From: Chrysomallon squamiferum
Lineage: Eukaryota; Animalia; Mollusca
Reading direction: 5' to 3'
Assembly: GCA_012295275.1 (NCBI GenBank)
Contig: CM022674.1
Span: 15,128,001 to 15,192,000 of the forward strand
Length of the DNA stretch: 64,000 bases
The translations under genes were made by a program, and so were the position numbers. The notes beneath the pieces are model-generated. The model was not told the DNA's origin, searched no databases, and was given only the letters and a program-made list of their open reading frames with translations. Shown here in pieces: positions 13,201 through 28,987 of the stretch (position 1 is its first letter; every line of letters starts with the position of its first letter).

Positions 13201-13477
13201 GCCCCTGACATTTATAATGGTGTCACTCCCTGTTTTCGATCTTGACAGCTCTGCTAATAAAAGTCTTGCGGATTTGTGTGCAATGCAAAATGAGACTATT
13301 CAGTGTACTTTGGTTTGATAACGAAGTTGGTACTTGGATGAGAAGATACAATAAAGAGTAAAAGAGATAACCGATCCGATTTTAACTTCGTCAATATTTG
13401 ATTATATCAATCGGAAGATGTTCTGATATATCAACATGGCGGCGATTGATTTGTCTGGATTAAAAAGACCGCCTGAT

Positions 13478-13511
<34 letters not shown>

Positions 13512-14090
13512 CTTTTTAACAGTTTGACTTTTTTCATTTCTTTTTTTAAAGTTTGTTTTACAGACGTTATAATATTTCAAAAAAAAAAAAAAAAAAAGTG
13601 ATTTAGAAGCTTTTGTAAATCTCAAACTCTTGACAAGAATTTAAAACACACAAACACTGCAGAATCAATTCTCTTTACTTTCTTTAAATTTTAAAAAATT
13701 GTGTCTTTTTTTACACTTCTAATTACTTAAACAGATTTTTTCTTTCAAATTCTTTCTTTTCTATTCCTAATCTTTCTTTTATTTCGTTTTTTCTTTGAAA
13801 ACATTCTCTTTTATTAACTTTTATATTGTCATATTTATTTCCATCTCTTTCTTTTCGTTTTTAAAACAGAAAATTCATCACTTTTTAATCTTTTATTATT
13901 ATTTTTTTTCTTTTCTTTTCAGTTTTCTTCCGTTTTTTGTCAGCTCTCGCGGACTTTTATTCATTGTTTGTTTGTTCGTTGTTCTATTGTTGCCATTTTT
14001 TTTTTTTTTTAATTTAATTTAATTTTATACAGTTTATATATTCCTTTCTTTTCTTCTTTCTTTTATATCTTCTCTTTTTCATTCTTTCTT

Positions 14091-14121
<31 letters not shown>

Positions 14122-14831
14122 TTATTATTATTATTATTATTGTATCATCATCATCATGATAATGAATTCCAATTTATTATTATCATATCAGCATTTTATT
14201 TTATTCTGTTTTTGTGTGAATTTTATTTCTTTTATATGACTCTCATCATTCTTATTTTTATTTATTTGTTTATTTTTAATATCGCATAAAATACATGTGA
14301 AAACGGCCGCTTTTGATACTCCAGTTTAATAACTTATTTGTTTCAAATTTATTTATCCCTCTTGTTGTTTTCTTCCTTACATATTTCATTCCGTTTTCAA
14401 CAACCCTTCAATTTCGTTTTCATCACTTTTATATCATAATCGTTAATATTTGTTTCTCTTTTTTTCTCGGAGCACTTAGCAACAATACATATGACATTCA
14501 GGGGAGACAATGCACTGCTGAGGACTCTTTATGTCATCGAGCACTGTCAATATTACGTCATTATCAAAGGCAGACAGTTAAGTGTAATCGCACTTAATGA
14601 CATGGAGCACTGTCAACAAAAGGAAACAAAACTTGTTTAATGGTTATTAACAGGGGATGAGAGATTGTTACAGAGTACACATCCAGTGTTTGATGTCTGT
14701 AAGTTATATTTTACTTAGTGCGGAATCATCTCATGTGATTCAGTATAATCAAATACTAACTGTGTTATAACTGCATTAGGAGTAGCCAGAATAATAGTAT
14801 TAAAAATAATAATAATAATAACAATAACAAC

Positions 14832-14863
<32 letters not shown>

Positions 14864-15470
14864 TAATAGCAGCAAAAGTAATAATAATAATAGACGTTAT
14901 AAAGACACGCATTCACACATACATGTAGAAACACAGACATCCATAGACAGTTGTTGTGTGTCCTTGTGTGTGTCCTTGTGTGTGTGTGTAAGTGTAAACA
15001 TCTCTTTATTTCACATCAACAAATACTAATTACAACTTTTTTCTTCTGTATAAAACAAATACTTTTCTCATTTTGTTTCCTATTCATATATCTATATATA
15101 TATATATATATATATGGTTATTAAATAATATATATATTTCTATTATAAATGAAAAAGGAGCTGTCATCACATTATTCATTTGATTCTGTTTACTTCACGT
15201 ACGTAATAAAATATGTATGTAAATCTCTGTCTAAATAACAAATACACGCTGGTTTGCCTTGAAGCTATATGTGTCACTATTCCCAGCAGAGACATCTTTA
15301 CCAGTAAGTTAGACAGATGTAGAATTCAAAATACACATTAAAACATTTTTATTTCGTGCATGATTAGTTTTGGTTGGTTTTGTTTTTGGGGTTGATTGTT
15401 TTGTTTTATTATTTATTTATATTTTTTTTTTTTTTTTTTATTGTTATTTTTAGCCTTTTTATTATTATGT

Positions 15471-15518
<48 letters not shown>

Positions 15519-16164
15519 TTATTTATCTATTTTTTATTTTTTTTTATTATTATTATGATTTTTTTTTTTTTTTGTTGTTGTTGTTTTGTTTTTTTTGTCT
15601 GTTTTTTATTGTCTTTTTTTTATTATTTTTATTTGTTTTTTTTTTTTGACATGAAATTTGGTATTTATGGCTGTTAAAAGGATTTATGAAATATGTGTAA
15701 ATGGATATACAGTTGTCTGGGGATGGATTAATACTACATTTTCTGTGACATTTTTCTCTGCGAATGTAACTGATTCTGCGTATGTGTCCGTATGAGTATT
15801 AAAGCGTACGAATATGTATAAACAACAAAAACAAACAACAAACAAACAAACAAACAAATAAATTCAAATAAATAAATAAATAAAAGAAATCAAATAAATA
15901 ATTAAATAAATAAATAAATACATAAATAAATAAATAAATTCAAATAAATAATTAAATGAATAAATAAGTAATCAAAAATAGAAATAAATAAGTATGTGAA
16001 TAAATAAATAAATAAATAAAATAAATAAATAAATAAATGAAATATAACGTTAAATAATCCATGTGAAAGAAAAACAGATTATTTAAAATTATTAGATATA
16101 ATTATGGGTGCGTATTTTTTTGTGTATATGTGAATGTGTGTTGTGTGTGTGTGTGTGGTGTGTT

Positions 16165-16213
<49 letters not shown>

Positions 16214-17436
16214 GTGTGCGTGATTTTATTAACTATATATTTATATTTATTTTTAATTTTTCAGTTATTTTTTTAAAATTTAAATCATATTCCATTTCAT
16301 TTATTTTCATTCTTCACCTTCCTTCCTTCTTTCCTTCCTTCGTTTCTACTTTCTCCACTTCATTACAAATATAACTTTGTAAACATCACTCTGCTTTTAA
16401 CTAAGATTAATGGATTACATCTCAATCAGCTACAAAACCATTCTGGTAAGAATGTCAACGCCTAGACAGATATTCTGTAACATTCGTCGATAGAATCCCG
16501 AGAGATGTTCAAGAACAGATGAGATCCCTGAATTGTAAGAATTCATCATGGTATCGAGAGGAAATAAAACTGTCACTGTACGAGATATTTTTATAAACTA
16601 GCTCCTAGGTTTGACTGGTGATAGGAAAAATGAAAAATAGAATTTGGAAGATTTTTAATCTTTCGTTTCTTCCAGTTATATGACAAATCTTTAATTTTAT
16701 TTATTTATTTATTTTTTTGTAGTGTCTGTCCGTTTCTCTTTCATTGCAAATATGTCTCACTGACTATTTGAAATAAAACTTTCGTTTTTAATATGTCTGT
16801 GTCTCTGTCTGTCTGTTTGTGTGATGATTTAACCATCATCCATCTATCCATGCATGAACTCAAATGTCTATTCTTATCAAAGGCTAAAGACACCGTCCAA
16901 GGTAAACTGTTGAAAATTATCATCAAAATCTAACATCTATAAAATACTTTAAAAGCTGTTACAGCTTCTTTGGTCTCATTTCTGTACCAGCTGCTACCGT
17001 ACGTACCAGAATTGTGAAATAGCCACTAAATATTTTCTCTCTAAATCATTTTCTAAAATTACTCACAATGACGTGTGGAATCAAGAGTCCTGTTTGAATC
17101 TTCGGTTGCGTTCAGTTAGTTATTTCTCTTGGGACTGGTGATACCTAGCCTGAAGACAAAACCGACTTGAAATGGGCGGTGTTAAACAGATTTTGGCATA
17201 AATATTTTATTACGTACCTACATTAAACAGAATAACTCCCAGTCGTGTCCAGAAGCTACTTTTCAGTACCCGAGAAATCTCATAACGACAAATGAAACAT
17301 GAACGTTTTAGAAATCACTTTGTTTTATGGGTGCCAGCAATTTCCGTTGTTTTGTCTAAAGAAGAAAAAGAAAAAGAAGTAGACTAAGAAGAAGAAGAAC
17401 TAAAATGAAGAAAAAAAGAAGAAGATAATAAAGAAA

Positions 17437-17470
<34 letters not shown>

Positions 17471-17566
17471 TAATTACTACTACTACTGCTACCACAGTTA
17501 TTGTTAATAACTATAATAATGTTGATGATAACAGCAACAACAACAACAACAAAAACAACAACATCT

Positions 17567-17618
<52 letters not shown>

Positions 17619-17989
17619 TAAAAACACTGGTTTTACAAAAATGCAGATTCAGTGTTTCTGTATTGACAGAAATGATTTATTCCTCGTTCTCTCGATGGTG
17701 TGAATATAAATTCAAATTAAACCACATTCTTGACATGGCGACCGGATACTGACCCATCAAAGCCTCGATCTGACGATCTAAGTTGACCAACCGTAACACT
17801 GGAGACATCAACCTGACACTTCTCACCAGCGGACCAATGGGAATGCGTATTTAAATAAACTCTTTTGTTATTCAGCCCATGCAAAGTGGTTTTAGACAAC
17901 ATTGAAATTTGTTCAGCGTATTTTCTTTCCGAATGTATTTTGAATATAAATAATTCTGATCCCATCGTTGTCTGTGTCTCTCTCTCTTG

Positions 17990-18299
<310 letters not shown>

Positions 18300-18740
18300 A
18301 TTTATATTTCAGTTTATCCTTCTATCTGTCTGTCTGTCTATTCTATCTGTCTATCAATTTCTATCTTTCTTTTTCTGTCTGAATATGTTTATCTGTTTCC
18401 TCCTTGACTCCTTCCTTTTTTTTCTTTCTTTCTGTCTTTCTTTCTCTATCTGTTTTGTTTTATCTGTGTCTTATAATGGAATCTCTAAAGCAAAGATTCT
18501 CTAAAGTGGTATTGCTTTACGTAACTGTTAATAAATTATTAGTGTGCTGTACAAAAGTCACATACTATCGACATGTGTGCAACATGGTAATTGTCTTTGC
18601 TGTAATTTATTTAAATGTCATTATAAATTCATCGACTCGCAAAGACATTTCATTGTTTCTTCTCGTTCTTCTTTTTTCTTTTCCTATTTTTTTTTTTTTC
18701 TCAGTTCTCTGTTCGATATATCTCGTTAAAGCTACTGTAG

Positions 18741-18794
<54 letters not shown>

Positions 18795-20515
18795 CTCATA
18801 TATATCTCTCTCTCTCTCGTCTCTCTCTCTCTTTTTGTCTCTCTCTTTTCTCTCTATTCCTCTTCTCCTTTCTCTTTGCCTCCTGTTTCTCTTTTATCAT
18901 TCTCTCTCTTTCTCTCTGTAAGTCTTTTATTGTCTCTGGGAAAAAAAAATTATCACCTTTCTTTACAGACTGGCTAATATCCCAAGTGTTAAGTACGCTA
19001 CAACAACAACAAACAAAATAAACTACAGTTTGTTAATGCAGTGTTAAACAAACAGACGAATAAAAACAAATTTGATTCTCACTATCTTTTCTTCTTCTTG
19101 TTTCTAATTTCGTTTGTAATGAAAACATAGCAGGAGAAACGTCTCGAACATGTGAAATGCAAATACGGAAAACTGAGTGACATGTACAATCAAGCAAAGT
19201 GAAGAATAACGCCCCGCGAATTCCCTCGATGTGTCTGCGGTAAACAACGCACACGTCCGTTGTGGACGAAATAGCAGGGGTTAAGCATAGGTTGTGACAT
19301 TAAGGTGACGGTTTTCTTTTGTTTTAAGGCGCAAATCAATTCGTGGATTTGACAGAGAGCGACGTTTTTCTGCGAACGGTAATCCTGTTTGCGAGTTGAT
19401 AGACGTAAATATTTCCAGGCAATCCCAATTGGTTTTTGCATTGACTTGCTAATCAATTGTTTCTGCTTTCCGTGGAAGCTGGGCCGAGAAGGTGAGGGGT
19501 CGCGAGCCGACTGTAAATTAACAGTGATTAGGCAAATTACAGACTGAGAAAAAATGTAATAATAAAAAGACACAGGGATCGTGTGTTTAGAAGTCATCAA
19601 TCAGACAGTTTTATTAAGCGATAATTATAGACAAAAAAGTAATAATAGCGAAGTATCAAAGTCTATTAGAAACGTGTTATTAGATAAGAATGATGCGTTT
19701 GTGATGATTTATCATATGAAAACAAATATCTTTATTATACAACAAGAAGTCGTGTTTTCATTTATAACAATAAAAGATTATATTTCCTCTTGATATTTTA
19801 TTTCCTTTTTTGTTAATTTGACTGTTACTGTACATTATTTTATTTATTTATTTATTACGTAGATGTTCTTCAATTTCTCGTAAATCCTGAAAAAAACGTA
19901 AAGTGCTTATGACATAGCCACCACTATCGTTGATAATTGAAATATACACAAACATGCATTAACAGATGCATTTACTAATGCATCATGTAATCAAAACTGT
20001 CAGATGAGAATAACTAGAGACTATATATTTATTTTCTTTCCTATAAAAAATCTCAGAGAAAACATTCCTTGCTATCAACAGTAGCCAGTGCATATGCTTT
20101 TTGTTGTACCCATGGTTCTAAAAATAGTAATAGTTCATTTATATATAGATAAAAAAATATATTGTTTTCCTGAAAACAGATTATTCATGTTATTTTACTA
20201 TTCGAAACAGTATGAAGGTTCTTCTTGTACTGTTTTTCTGTACTGAATTCATCGATGCTATTTAGCAATCAACGTATTTCTCTGTCACATTATCCGCCAT
20301 GTTGTTTCAGAGGGAGTTCAGTCGGTAGCGGGAAAAATGTATTTAAGTCTTTTGTGTTCTTGTGTTTTGTTCAGAATAACAAAATCTGGATAATTATGTA
20401 TCATATATATTTATTAATTCACATAAATTTGTAATATAATTTTTGCAAGTCACAAAGGAGAAAACAGTTTTAGTGCTGGAAGAAAGAAACATTTTAAAAG
20501 TCCAGATGCATTTTG

Positions 20516-20576
<61 letters not shown>

Positions 20577-21460
20577 CAAAATAAAAACAAGCAACATAAT
20601 AGTCGTTAAAATTAGATGTTATCGAATAATCGTTATTCATTCATCTCTCCATCCAACCGTCAATTTATATGTCTTTCACTTCATTTATTCATCAACTCAT
20701 CAGTTCATTCATTATTTCTTTCTTTCATTATTTCATTTTCTTTTTTCCATTCTTTCTTTCTTTCAAGTCCTTCATCTTTTTGTTTTTTGTTTGACTTGTT
20801 TTTTTTTAAACTTTTTAAAACAATAACTGTATTATTAAAATAATGTTAGTGTCATGCATCTCATAACATTATCTTAAAGGCCACCTGAATTCCAAAATAC
20901 ACACACACATACAGACACACATACACACACCAACACACACACACACACATATATATATGTGTGTGTGTGTATCCATATACATATAAAACACGCAAATACA
21001 TATAATACATACATATATACATACATACATAGGTACATACATACACACACATACATATACATACATACTTTTCGTACGCTTGATATAACTCATAATCGTC
21101 TTTTTTTTTTTTACGACAGACGCATTTATTATTAACATAAAATAACTAAATCACTAGATTTAGATACTGTACTTTATTTATTAACTCTGGTTTTATACAA
21201 AAATCTCCTGAGACCTTGCCTGGAAAAAGCAGATGTAAATAAATAAAGAGTTGGTTTAATGTAAATGAATAACAGATCGCTGGTTTTTTTTTTTTTTTTT
21301 TCTTTTTTGTGTGAATTAAGTAAATATAAAAACTAGAATAGGTAACTAAATAAATAAATAAATAAAGAAGGAAAGAAAGAAAGAAAGAAGATAAAAAATT
21401 ACTTTAAAAAGTAAAGAAAAACGAAAATACACACATATCTCTGTAGCTAAGCACACACAT

Positions 21461-21558
<98 letters not shown>

Positions 21559-22454
21559 GCATAAACACACCTATAAAGAAAAAAACAAAATAAATCCTCT
21601 AAAATCACTGGATCTCTCCAAGTCTGTTTGACATATTGGCAAGTAAAATGAAAACACTTTTCCAAAAGTCAAAATTAGCAACTTCGATTCCTCTTTCCAG
21701 GAACCGTCAAATCGGCGCCATCTCCTTCATGATTTGACTCTGTTCTCGAGAATTTGATCTAAGAAAAATTGAAGATGATTTGTGAGAGAGACTGACAGTA
21801 ATTTGAAATACCCATCAACCTCCTGCATCCTGATGCATGCTGCATGCAAGAAGTAACCATCACGCGATGCGCTCTCTCTCTGTGATTGGTCGGGGACTCT
21901 TAGAAATAATTATTTTATTTGTGCCACAAGTAAACAAGAACCGTCTGTTTAATTTTTTTTTTGCCCATCATCTGCATAATTGTTTTGTTTCTTCCTTACT
22001 TTGATTTTTGTTTTTTTGTTTTGTTTTAGAAATAATTTATAAATCTTTATTTTTGACCTTTTATTTTATGTTACAATTCAGTCAATTACTTTCACCCAAT
22101 CGTTTATTCATTCATTCATTTATTACTAGTCATCATTATTATCATCATTATCATCATCATCGTCATCGTCATTGTAACCGTCATCAACATCATCATTATC
22201 ATCATTATATTAACAACATTACAAATCATCCCGTTTCAATATCCTAGCCATATCTTAAAACATATTTTCTATTTTTTATTTAAATAAATGTTGTTATTGT
22301 TTTTCGTCTGTTTTCTTCTGCTTGTACTTCGAACTGTCAGTCCAGTGATAGAAATATTCCTGTCCTCTCTCCCACACCAGATTACCCGGCCGAAATTTTT
22401 CATTTTTCATTTTCAGAAATTTTATTTCGTTTCGTGAAATCCTAATTTTTGCCT

Positions 22455-22745
22455 CTCTCACGCGCTGCGCACGCCTTATACTTCACTTCCGATGTTACTT
22501 CCGCAGCAATATGGCGCGTATTTCAGAAATCAAACTGAACTTGCGCCCGCTCCCCGCCATCCTTGCCACTAAAAGACGGTCTGGAGAAAATTAAAACCAG
22601 CGTCAAATAATTGAATATTTTTGTACGTAAAGAAACACCATCTCTTCACTTCCGCTCAGGGCACGGGATTCATTTCCTCCGTGCGGGATTCTGTCGTCTT
22701 TGATTGCGAATTGATACTGGCGGAGATTCGCGAAAGATGACGAGA
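22455..22745. promoter_or_regulatory. CpG-rich promoter-like island
   Basis: Three ETS-type ACTTCCG motifs (~22486, ~22497, ~22648), YY1-like AATATGGCG, NRF1-like CGCGCTGCGCA and GC box CCCCGCC within ~200 bp of otherwise AT-rich DNA. Confidence 0.45.
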
Positions 22746-24748
22746 CTTTTAACGACTTGTTTGTTCGAGAAATCTTTCGAAAATATTGGGAGAAAGTAAC
22801 AAGTAAAATAATATTTAGTGTTTGGATAGACAAGCGTGAATTTGTGCGCGCTTTTTTTTATATAAAATGTTTTCCATAATTCATAGAAGCCACAATGAAA
22901 TCTTTGTTTAACAGTTGCCGGGCGCTGGTTGGAACGGATCATAACTAAAAGCAAATCTTTAAAAGTTTGCTATTAATATTCTAGTTGCTATTAATAGCTA
23001 TATGATTTAAAAAAAACAAAAAACAAATGGCAAGGCGAAAAATCAGACAGAAACAAGGAATAGGAAGAAAAAAGATATAACGAAAAAAAGAAAGAACAAG
23101 TTAATAAAAGAAAGATACAAAGAAAGAATGAATGAATGAAAAAAGAAAGGAAGGATGTATGAGAAAATGAAAGAAAGAAACGAAGAAAGGTTTTAAAAAA
23201 TCTTTAAAATTGGGAAAAATTTAAAGAGCTAATGTATTAACGCCAATTATCAAAGAGCGAAAGATTCAATTTTAAGAAACCATAGAGGTTAAATCTGAAC
23301 TTTAAAAACACCAAACAACCTCTGTACGACTAATGTCAAAAGTATAAGTTTAATAAAATATTCATAAGGTTTCATGTTTATGTGACACTAACTCGTGAGT
23401 AGGTCGAATGTGTCATCATAACCATGTCTTACTTACACGTGATCCGTACTGAGCAGTTTAATATTCACACCATCTTTGTTGTCACATCTGCAATGAGGAA
23501 TGGATGGATAGATGAGCTGATGGGGTCGAGAACAGATGAGAAAATAGCTGGGTAGATGGGTTGGCAAAATAAATAATAAATAAACAAACAAACAAACAAA
23601 AAAGAAACAAACAAACAAACAAACAAACAAATAAATAAAATGAAATGAAAAAAGATTAAATTAAATTAAATTAAATTAAAATAAAATAAAATAAATAAAG
23701 TAATATGTATAAGTAAGTAAATAAATAAACAAATAAATAATTTAAATTCTGAATATTTTAAAACAAAATCTCAGACACATTTATTTAACTATTAATGACT
23801 ACTGCATTGGCGTAGGCATCTTATCAGATGGCCTTCATAAACAATTCATGATTTGAATCAGTAGATAATCTACATAAGATTACTAGAGTTATTTTTGAAC
23901 AGAAGATTGATTACCTTATCTAGATATCTAACAAAATATTCGATTGAACGAGGAAATTCCAAAGCAGAAATGTCGGTACACAAAATCTATATCTCAGTTA
24001 TAAAATCAGAGAGATTTTTCAAGGACTTTCTAACAAGCTTATCTCATATCGGATTGAGCGAGACTAAATATCCAATCTAGCTGGCAGATAATATTGGGAA
24101 TTAAGCTCAAATATCAGAAAACTATAAAATACTGCCAGTAGTTTTAAAAATTTACTTGATTTAGTTAAACTAAAATATTTGTGAGTTTATCCAGCATAAC
24201 ACGGCTAGTCATAGCGAGAGTATAAGATATAGCGAATTCACCGAGCGTAAATATGTTTGTGAATTTAACGAGTAAATACAAAATATTCAAGTTTCATGAC
24301 CACAGAAATAACAGGGTTAACTGTTAAAAATAAATAACGAAATATTTTAGCCAGATATAGATGATATTTATTACCGTATATTTAAACCATCTTTATTCTT
24401 GTTGCAGACTGAAAAAGTAAAATAATATATTTTTATTTTTATTTTATTATTATTATTATTATTTTTTATAAACAAAAATGTAAATCACTGCGTAATACAA
24501 AGGTATTCAGGATTTAAAATATATTAACAAAACAATGTTTATCAATAAGAAACATAATATAACTAAGATTACCATGACACGAAATCATTTACTCAATTAT
24601 ATACTATTTAGAGAGTGAAAAAGTGTGTCATAAAATATTAGTTTACATTCCTCAGTACTTTTTCTTAATGAATAAATAACTCAGATATAGAACTCGTTAA
24701 AATTGTCACCTAATAGATGGCATTACATCTTATGATTATTAATATTCC

Positions 24749-24825
<77 letters not shown>

Positions 24826-25189
24826 ATTCCCTTTTGTTGTTACATATATATATACACAAACATACTATCTATCTATTATATATATATATATATATTACAT
24901 TAAATTTAGTTTGTATATAAATTATTATATTACGTTATATTATATTATATTATATTATATTATATTATATTATATTATATTATATACAGTATTACCTAGA
25001 ATATAGACTATTTTAACCTTGTCACATTTTTACATCATTATGAAAAGTTGAGATTTATCATTACGTTGTTGACTTCGTTCACTTCAGCAACACTCAATTC
25101 AGACGTGGTCGTGACATTGCTCTCTGAAATGTTCGAGGCCAGAATATCCCGATGAGGTCAAAATAAAGAGTTAATAGAAATAAACTTTG

Positions 25190-25244
<55 letters not shown>

Positions 25245-25446
25245 CAAGATGCCTCGAAAACACACTCATTAATGAAGAGAGTAATTTTGTAAATAATTCT
25301 ATTTTACGATTTTAATGTCAGTAGTCTGTGTCTTTTTCTTTTAATGAAAATTTGATTAACATAGATTTTCAAAATCTTTCTTTCTTTCATCTATTGCTCT
25401 AAATCTTCATCAGTTTATTCATTAGTTTATCCATCCATCCATCCAG

Positions 25447-25556
<110 letters not shown>

Positions 25557-26833
25557 GTATAAATACATACATTTATAACTTTTCAGAAACGCATATATAA
25601 ATATATGTGTATGTGCGCATACACAAAAACACACATATACACAACCCAATCTCACTCACACGTAATTAAATTCATAATAAATCTCCAGCAGAAATCTAAT
25701 AATTATTTTCATTTAGCTAACAATCTCGGAATTCCTTCGAGATATCATCCCTCGACATCTCCGCAAACTCGTAACACGCACGAAGTTAATTTTTACACGT
25801 GGTAGTCTTGACGCCACAGTGACTCGTATCTGAACTTCTCTTTGTTGTCACAGATTGCAGTAATTACACTTAGATTAGATGTGTTTGAGAACTGCTTCTT
25901 CACACGAGTCTCGTACATTAATTTATACAAGATTTCTTTAAGAGGACATGTTCAGTTTCAGATTTATTTCAGAGAAAGGAAGGAAGATATATCATTAACT
26001 GTCCATTTTCAGCATAACGTGTAACAAAGCCATACTGATAGAAGGATAACAACGATGAATGCAGAGAATTATTTTCAGTTACTCGTTCGACAGAACCAAT
26101 GTAATGAAATAGTTTTATCCAATCCAATTCTTCGTCTCTTCCTTCCTACTTCTTCCCTGTATTTGTTCATTCCACGACGTACTCTGAATAGCAGTGTCCT
26201 TTTTATTACGTGTTACCACAAGCCTTTGACACATCACAACCAGTTGCTTAAGGGAAGACAGCTACAAAATATCCTTTTCTGCTAACTCACTCAAAGTGGA
26301 CTCACGCTGTTATCAGTTTTTTGATGTATCGTTATAATAACAGATATATATATATATATTTTTTTTTTTTTTTGACATTTGATTATTTGTAATGTAATAA
26401 CTGCTACATCTGAAATATTCTGAAACGTAATTATTATTATTTCTTTTCTTCCTCTGTAGACAGTTCTACCTAAATATTAACAGTCTAATTTCTTCGCCTT
26501 CAAATCCATCAGACGTGAGCTTATAGAAAACAAACACCATCTACAAGTCTGTATCATAAACTTAACTTCGTGATGTTTAATTAAGATATCAGTAAGGATG
26601 TTTGTGACGACGTACTCTGTGAAATAACTCTTTGATACGGATTCGAAAACTGAGAGAGAAACAGAATGAATAAAAGACAATGTGATTTATGAAATATTGC
26701 GAGAATATAACATTGAGATGGAGTGAAAGAAAGTGAGATTAAACCTTTAGAATGTGAGATGGAATATCAGAAAATTATATTAGATATAACAAATTTGTTT
26801 CAAGAACTCAAGGTTGTTTGTTCCCTGGTCAGA

Positions 26834-26852
<19 letters not shown>

Positions 26853-26882
<30 letters not shown>

Positions 26883-27044
26883 TGTATGTATGTATGTATG
26901 TATGTATGTATGTATGTATGTATGTATGTATGTATGTATGTATGTATGTATGTATCTATGTATGTATATATGTATGTATGTATCTATGTATGTATGTATG
27001 TATGTATGTATGTATGTATGTATGTATGTATGTATGTATGTATG

Positions 27045-27073
<29 letters not shown>
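26853..27073. repeat. (TATG)n tetranucleotide microsatellite
   Basis: Direct reading. Confidence 0.97.
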
Positions 27074-27075
<2 letters not shown>

Positions 27076-27349
27076 TATGAAGATTGATCTACGTGACCAA
27101 AACTCCTATAACAGTATTCGTCGTAACTGCTCATACATTAAGCCACCATTGTACTGTAGATATAAAACAGCTACGCCATCTGTAACAAGTGATGTAAAGT
27201 ACTAACACTCTCTTCAGCTGATAACTGAAGAACCCTGGCTTGTGTATCAGTGAGAAGGTTACATCAGTGGTAGCAGGTTCCACGTAGCTGATCGATTCCA
27301 TTCTGCATTGTGCATAGAATTAGAAACATTGATGATTAAGAAGTATAGA

Positions 27350-27660
27350 GTTGATACGTCTGAACATTTCTTTGTTAACGTGTTAAAGACTGGGGGGAAA
27401 TTATTCAGTGGATACATTAAACCATTTCCTTTTCGTCAGAATCAAAGACTAAAAAAGAAATTTTTATGATGTCTAAAAGCTTTTCGTTGATAGAAATTTA
27501 ACAATATTCAGAAAGAAATATTTAGTAGGGAAGTGGGAAATATATATATTTTTTAAATAGATGTCTGAGATGAATATTTGGACTATATGTCAGAGTATTT
27601 CCTTGTCAAAGACTGAAAAAGAAGTATTTAAATGATACAAAGGAACATTTCCTTAGAGTT
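27350..27660. repeat. Highly degenerate tandem repeat (gatac...catttcctt...aaagactg...aa)
   Basis: Recurring catttc(c)tt and aaagact motifs at roughly 55-65-bp spacing. Confidence 0.45.
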
Positions 27661-28192
27661 TTGCACCGAGGTCATCATCGAGGTCAAATATCTCATTTGG
27701 GAATTTCTCACAAGAGTAATTTTATCCTTTGAATCTTCAAGTACATCAGTGCTCTTTGTTGGCGAGGGAAATCAAACAAAGCATTCATCAGCGGCCCTTT
27801 GACGACTCGGGCCATTCCGTCGTTTAAACCGGTCCGCCATTCGGTTACCTCCCTTGTCAAGAGTTCTCGAGTGACGGGCGATAATTGAGTTTTTACTGCA
27901 GAGATAAGACTTAATGAAAGTTTCTTACCGAGTCCAGACTGAAGCTCTCAGCATTAGATCGCGCCTTGATTAACCGAGTTTTGTCAAGCACTGGTGGCTC
28001 TTTCAGCTGGAGAGATGCACACGATTCAATGGGAAGCGATTTTCACTCGACGGTCACAGCTGTTTGATTGCCAGCACTTTGTGCAGAGTTCAGTCTTAGA
28101 ACGTCCCCGCTCTTTACTGGCCTTTGCTAAAGGTGCTCATTTCAAGGGCTGGTTTCTAGGAACGATTTTGTGATTAAGGGAATAAATAGTTT

Positions 28193-28255
<63 letters not shown>

Positions 28256-28887
28256 TTATTATTATTACTTCTGTATTTTTTTTGTTTGTTTGTTTCCATT
28301 AATTTATTTATTTCTATATTTGTCTTTGATTGATCTCTATCTAATTTCAAGAATACTTCTGTTGTGCATTCCTATTCCAGATGTTTCCAATTCTGTAAAT
28401 GAATATTTAACTGAAGGAGCCTGTGAACTAAACGATGTTGTCATGTGACTTCTCTCGTATCTTCATTACTGTTTGTTAAGAAATGTAGTATCAAAATCTG
28501 TTACTAAATTAAATGTTGAATTTCGCTTTTGATAACTTTCATAGATCAATTTTAAAGAAAATCAGAAGGTTTAATATAAGAAGCATGAAACAAAACAAAG
28601 AAAGAATATAGAATAAATATAAAATGTCAAGCTTTGGTACATTAACTTATGGCTAATATTACTTAGACTGTGCTATTTTTCCATGCACTGAAAAGTACTG
28701 ATTAATTCGTAATAGATATGCAAACGTACTCACATACAAATATATGTGCGTACCAACACGACACATCAGATAAATAAAAAAACCCAGTCCCAAAAAATAA
28801 AATAAAAACATGCGTGAAATACGTAATTAAAAGATAAATGAACTTAAATAAATAAATAAATTAATAAAACATACATATTTATCTTTA

Positions 28888-28987
<100 letters not shown>

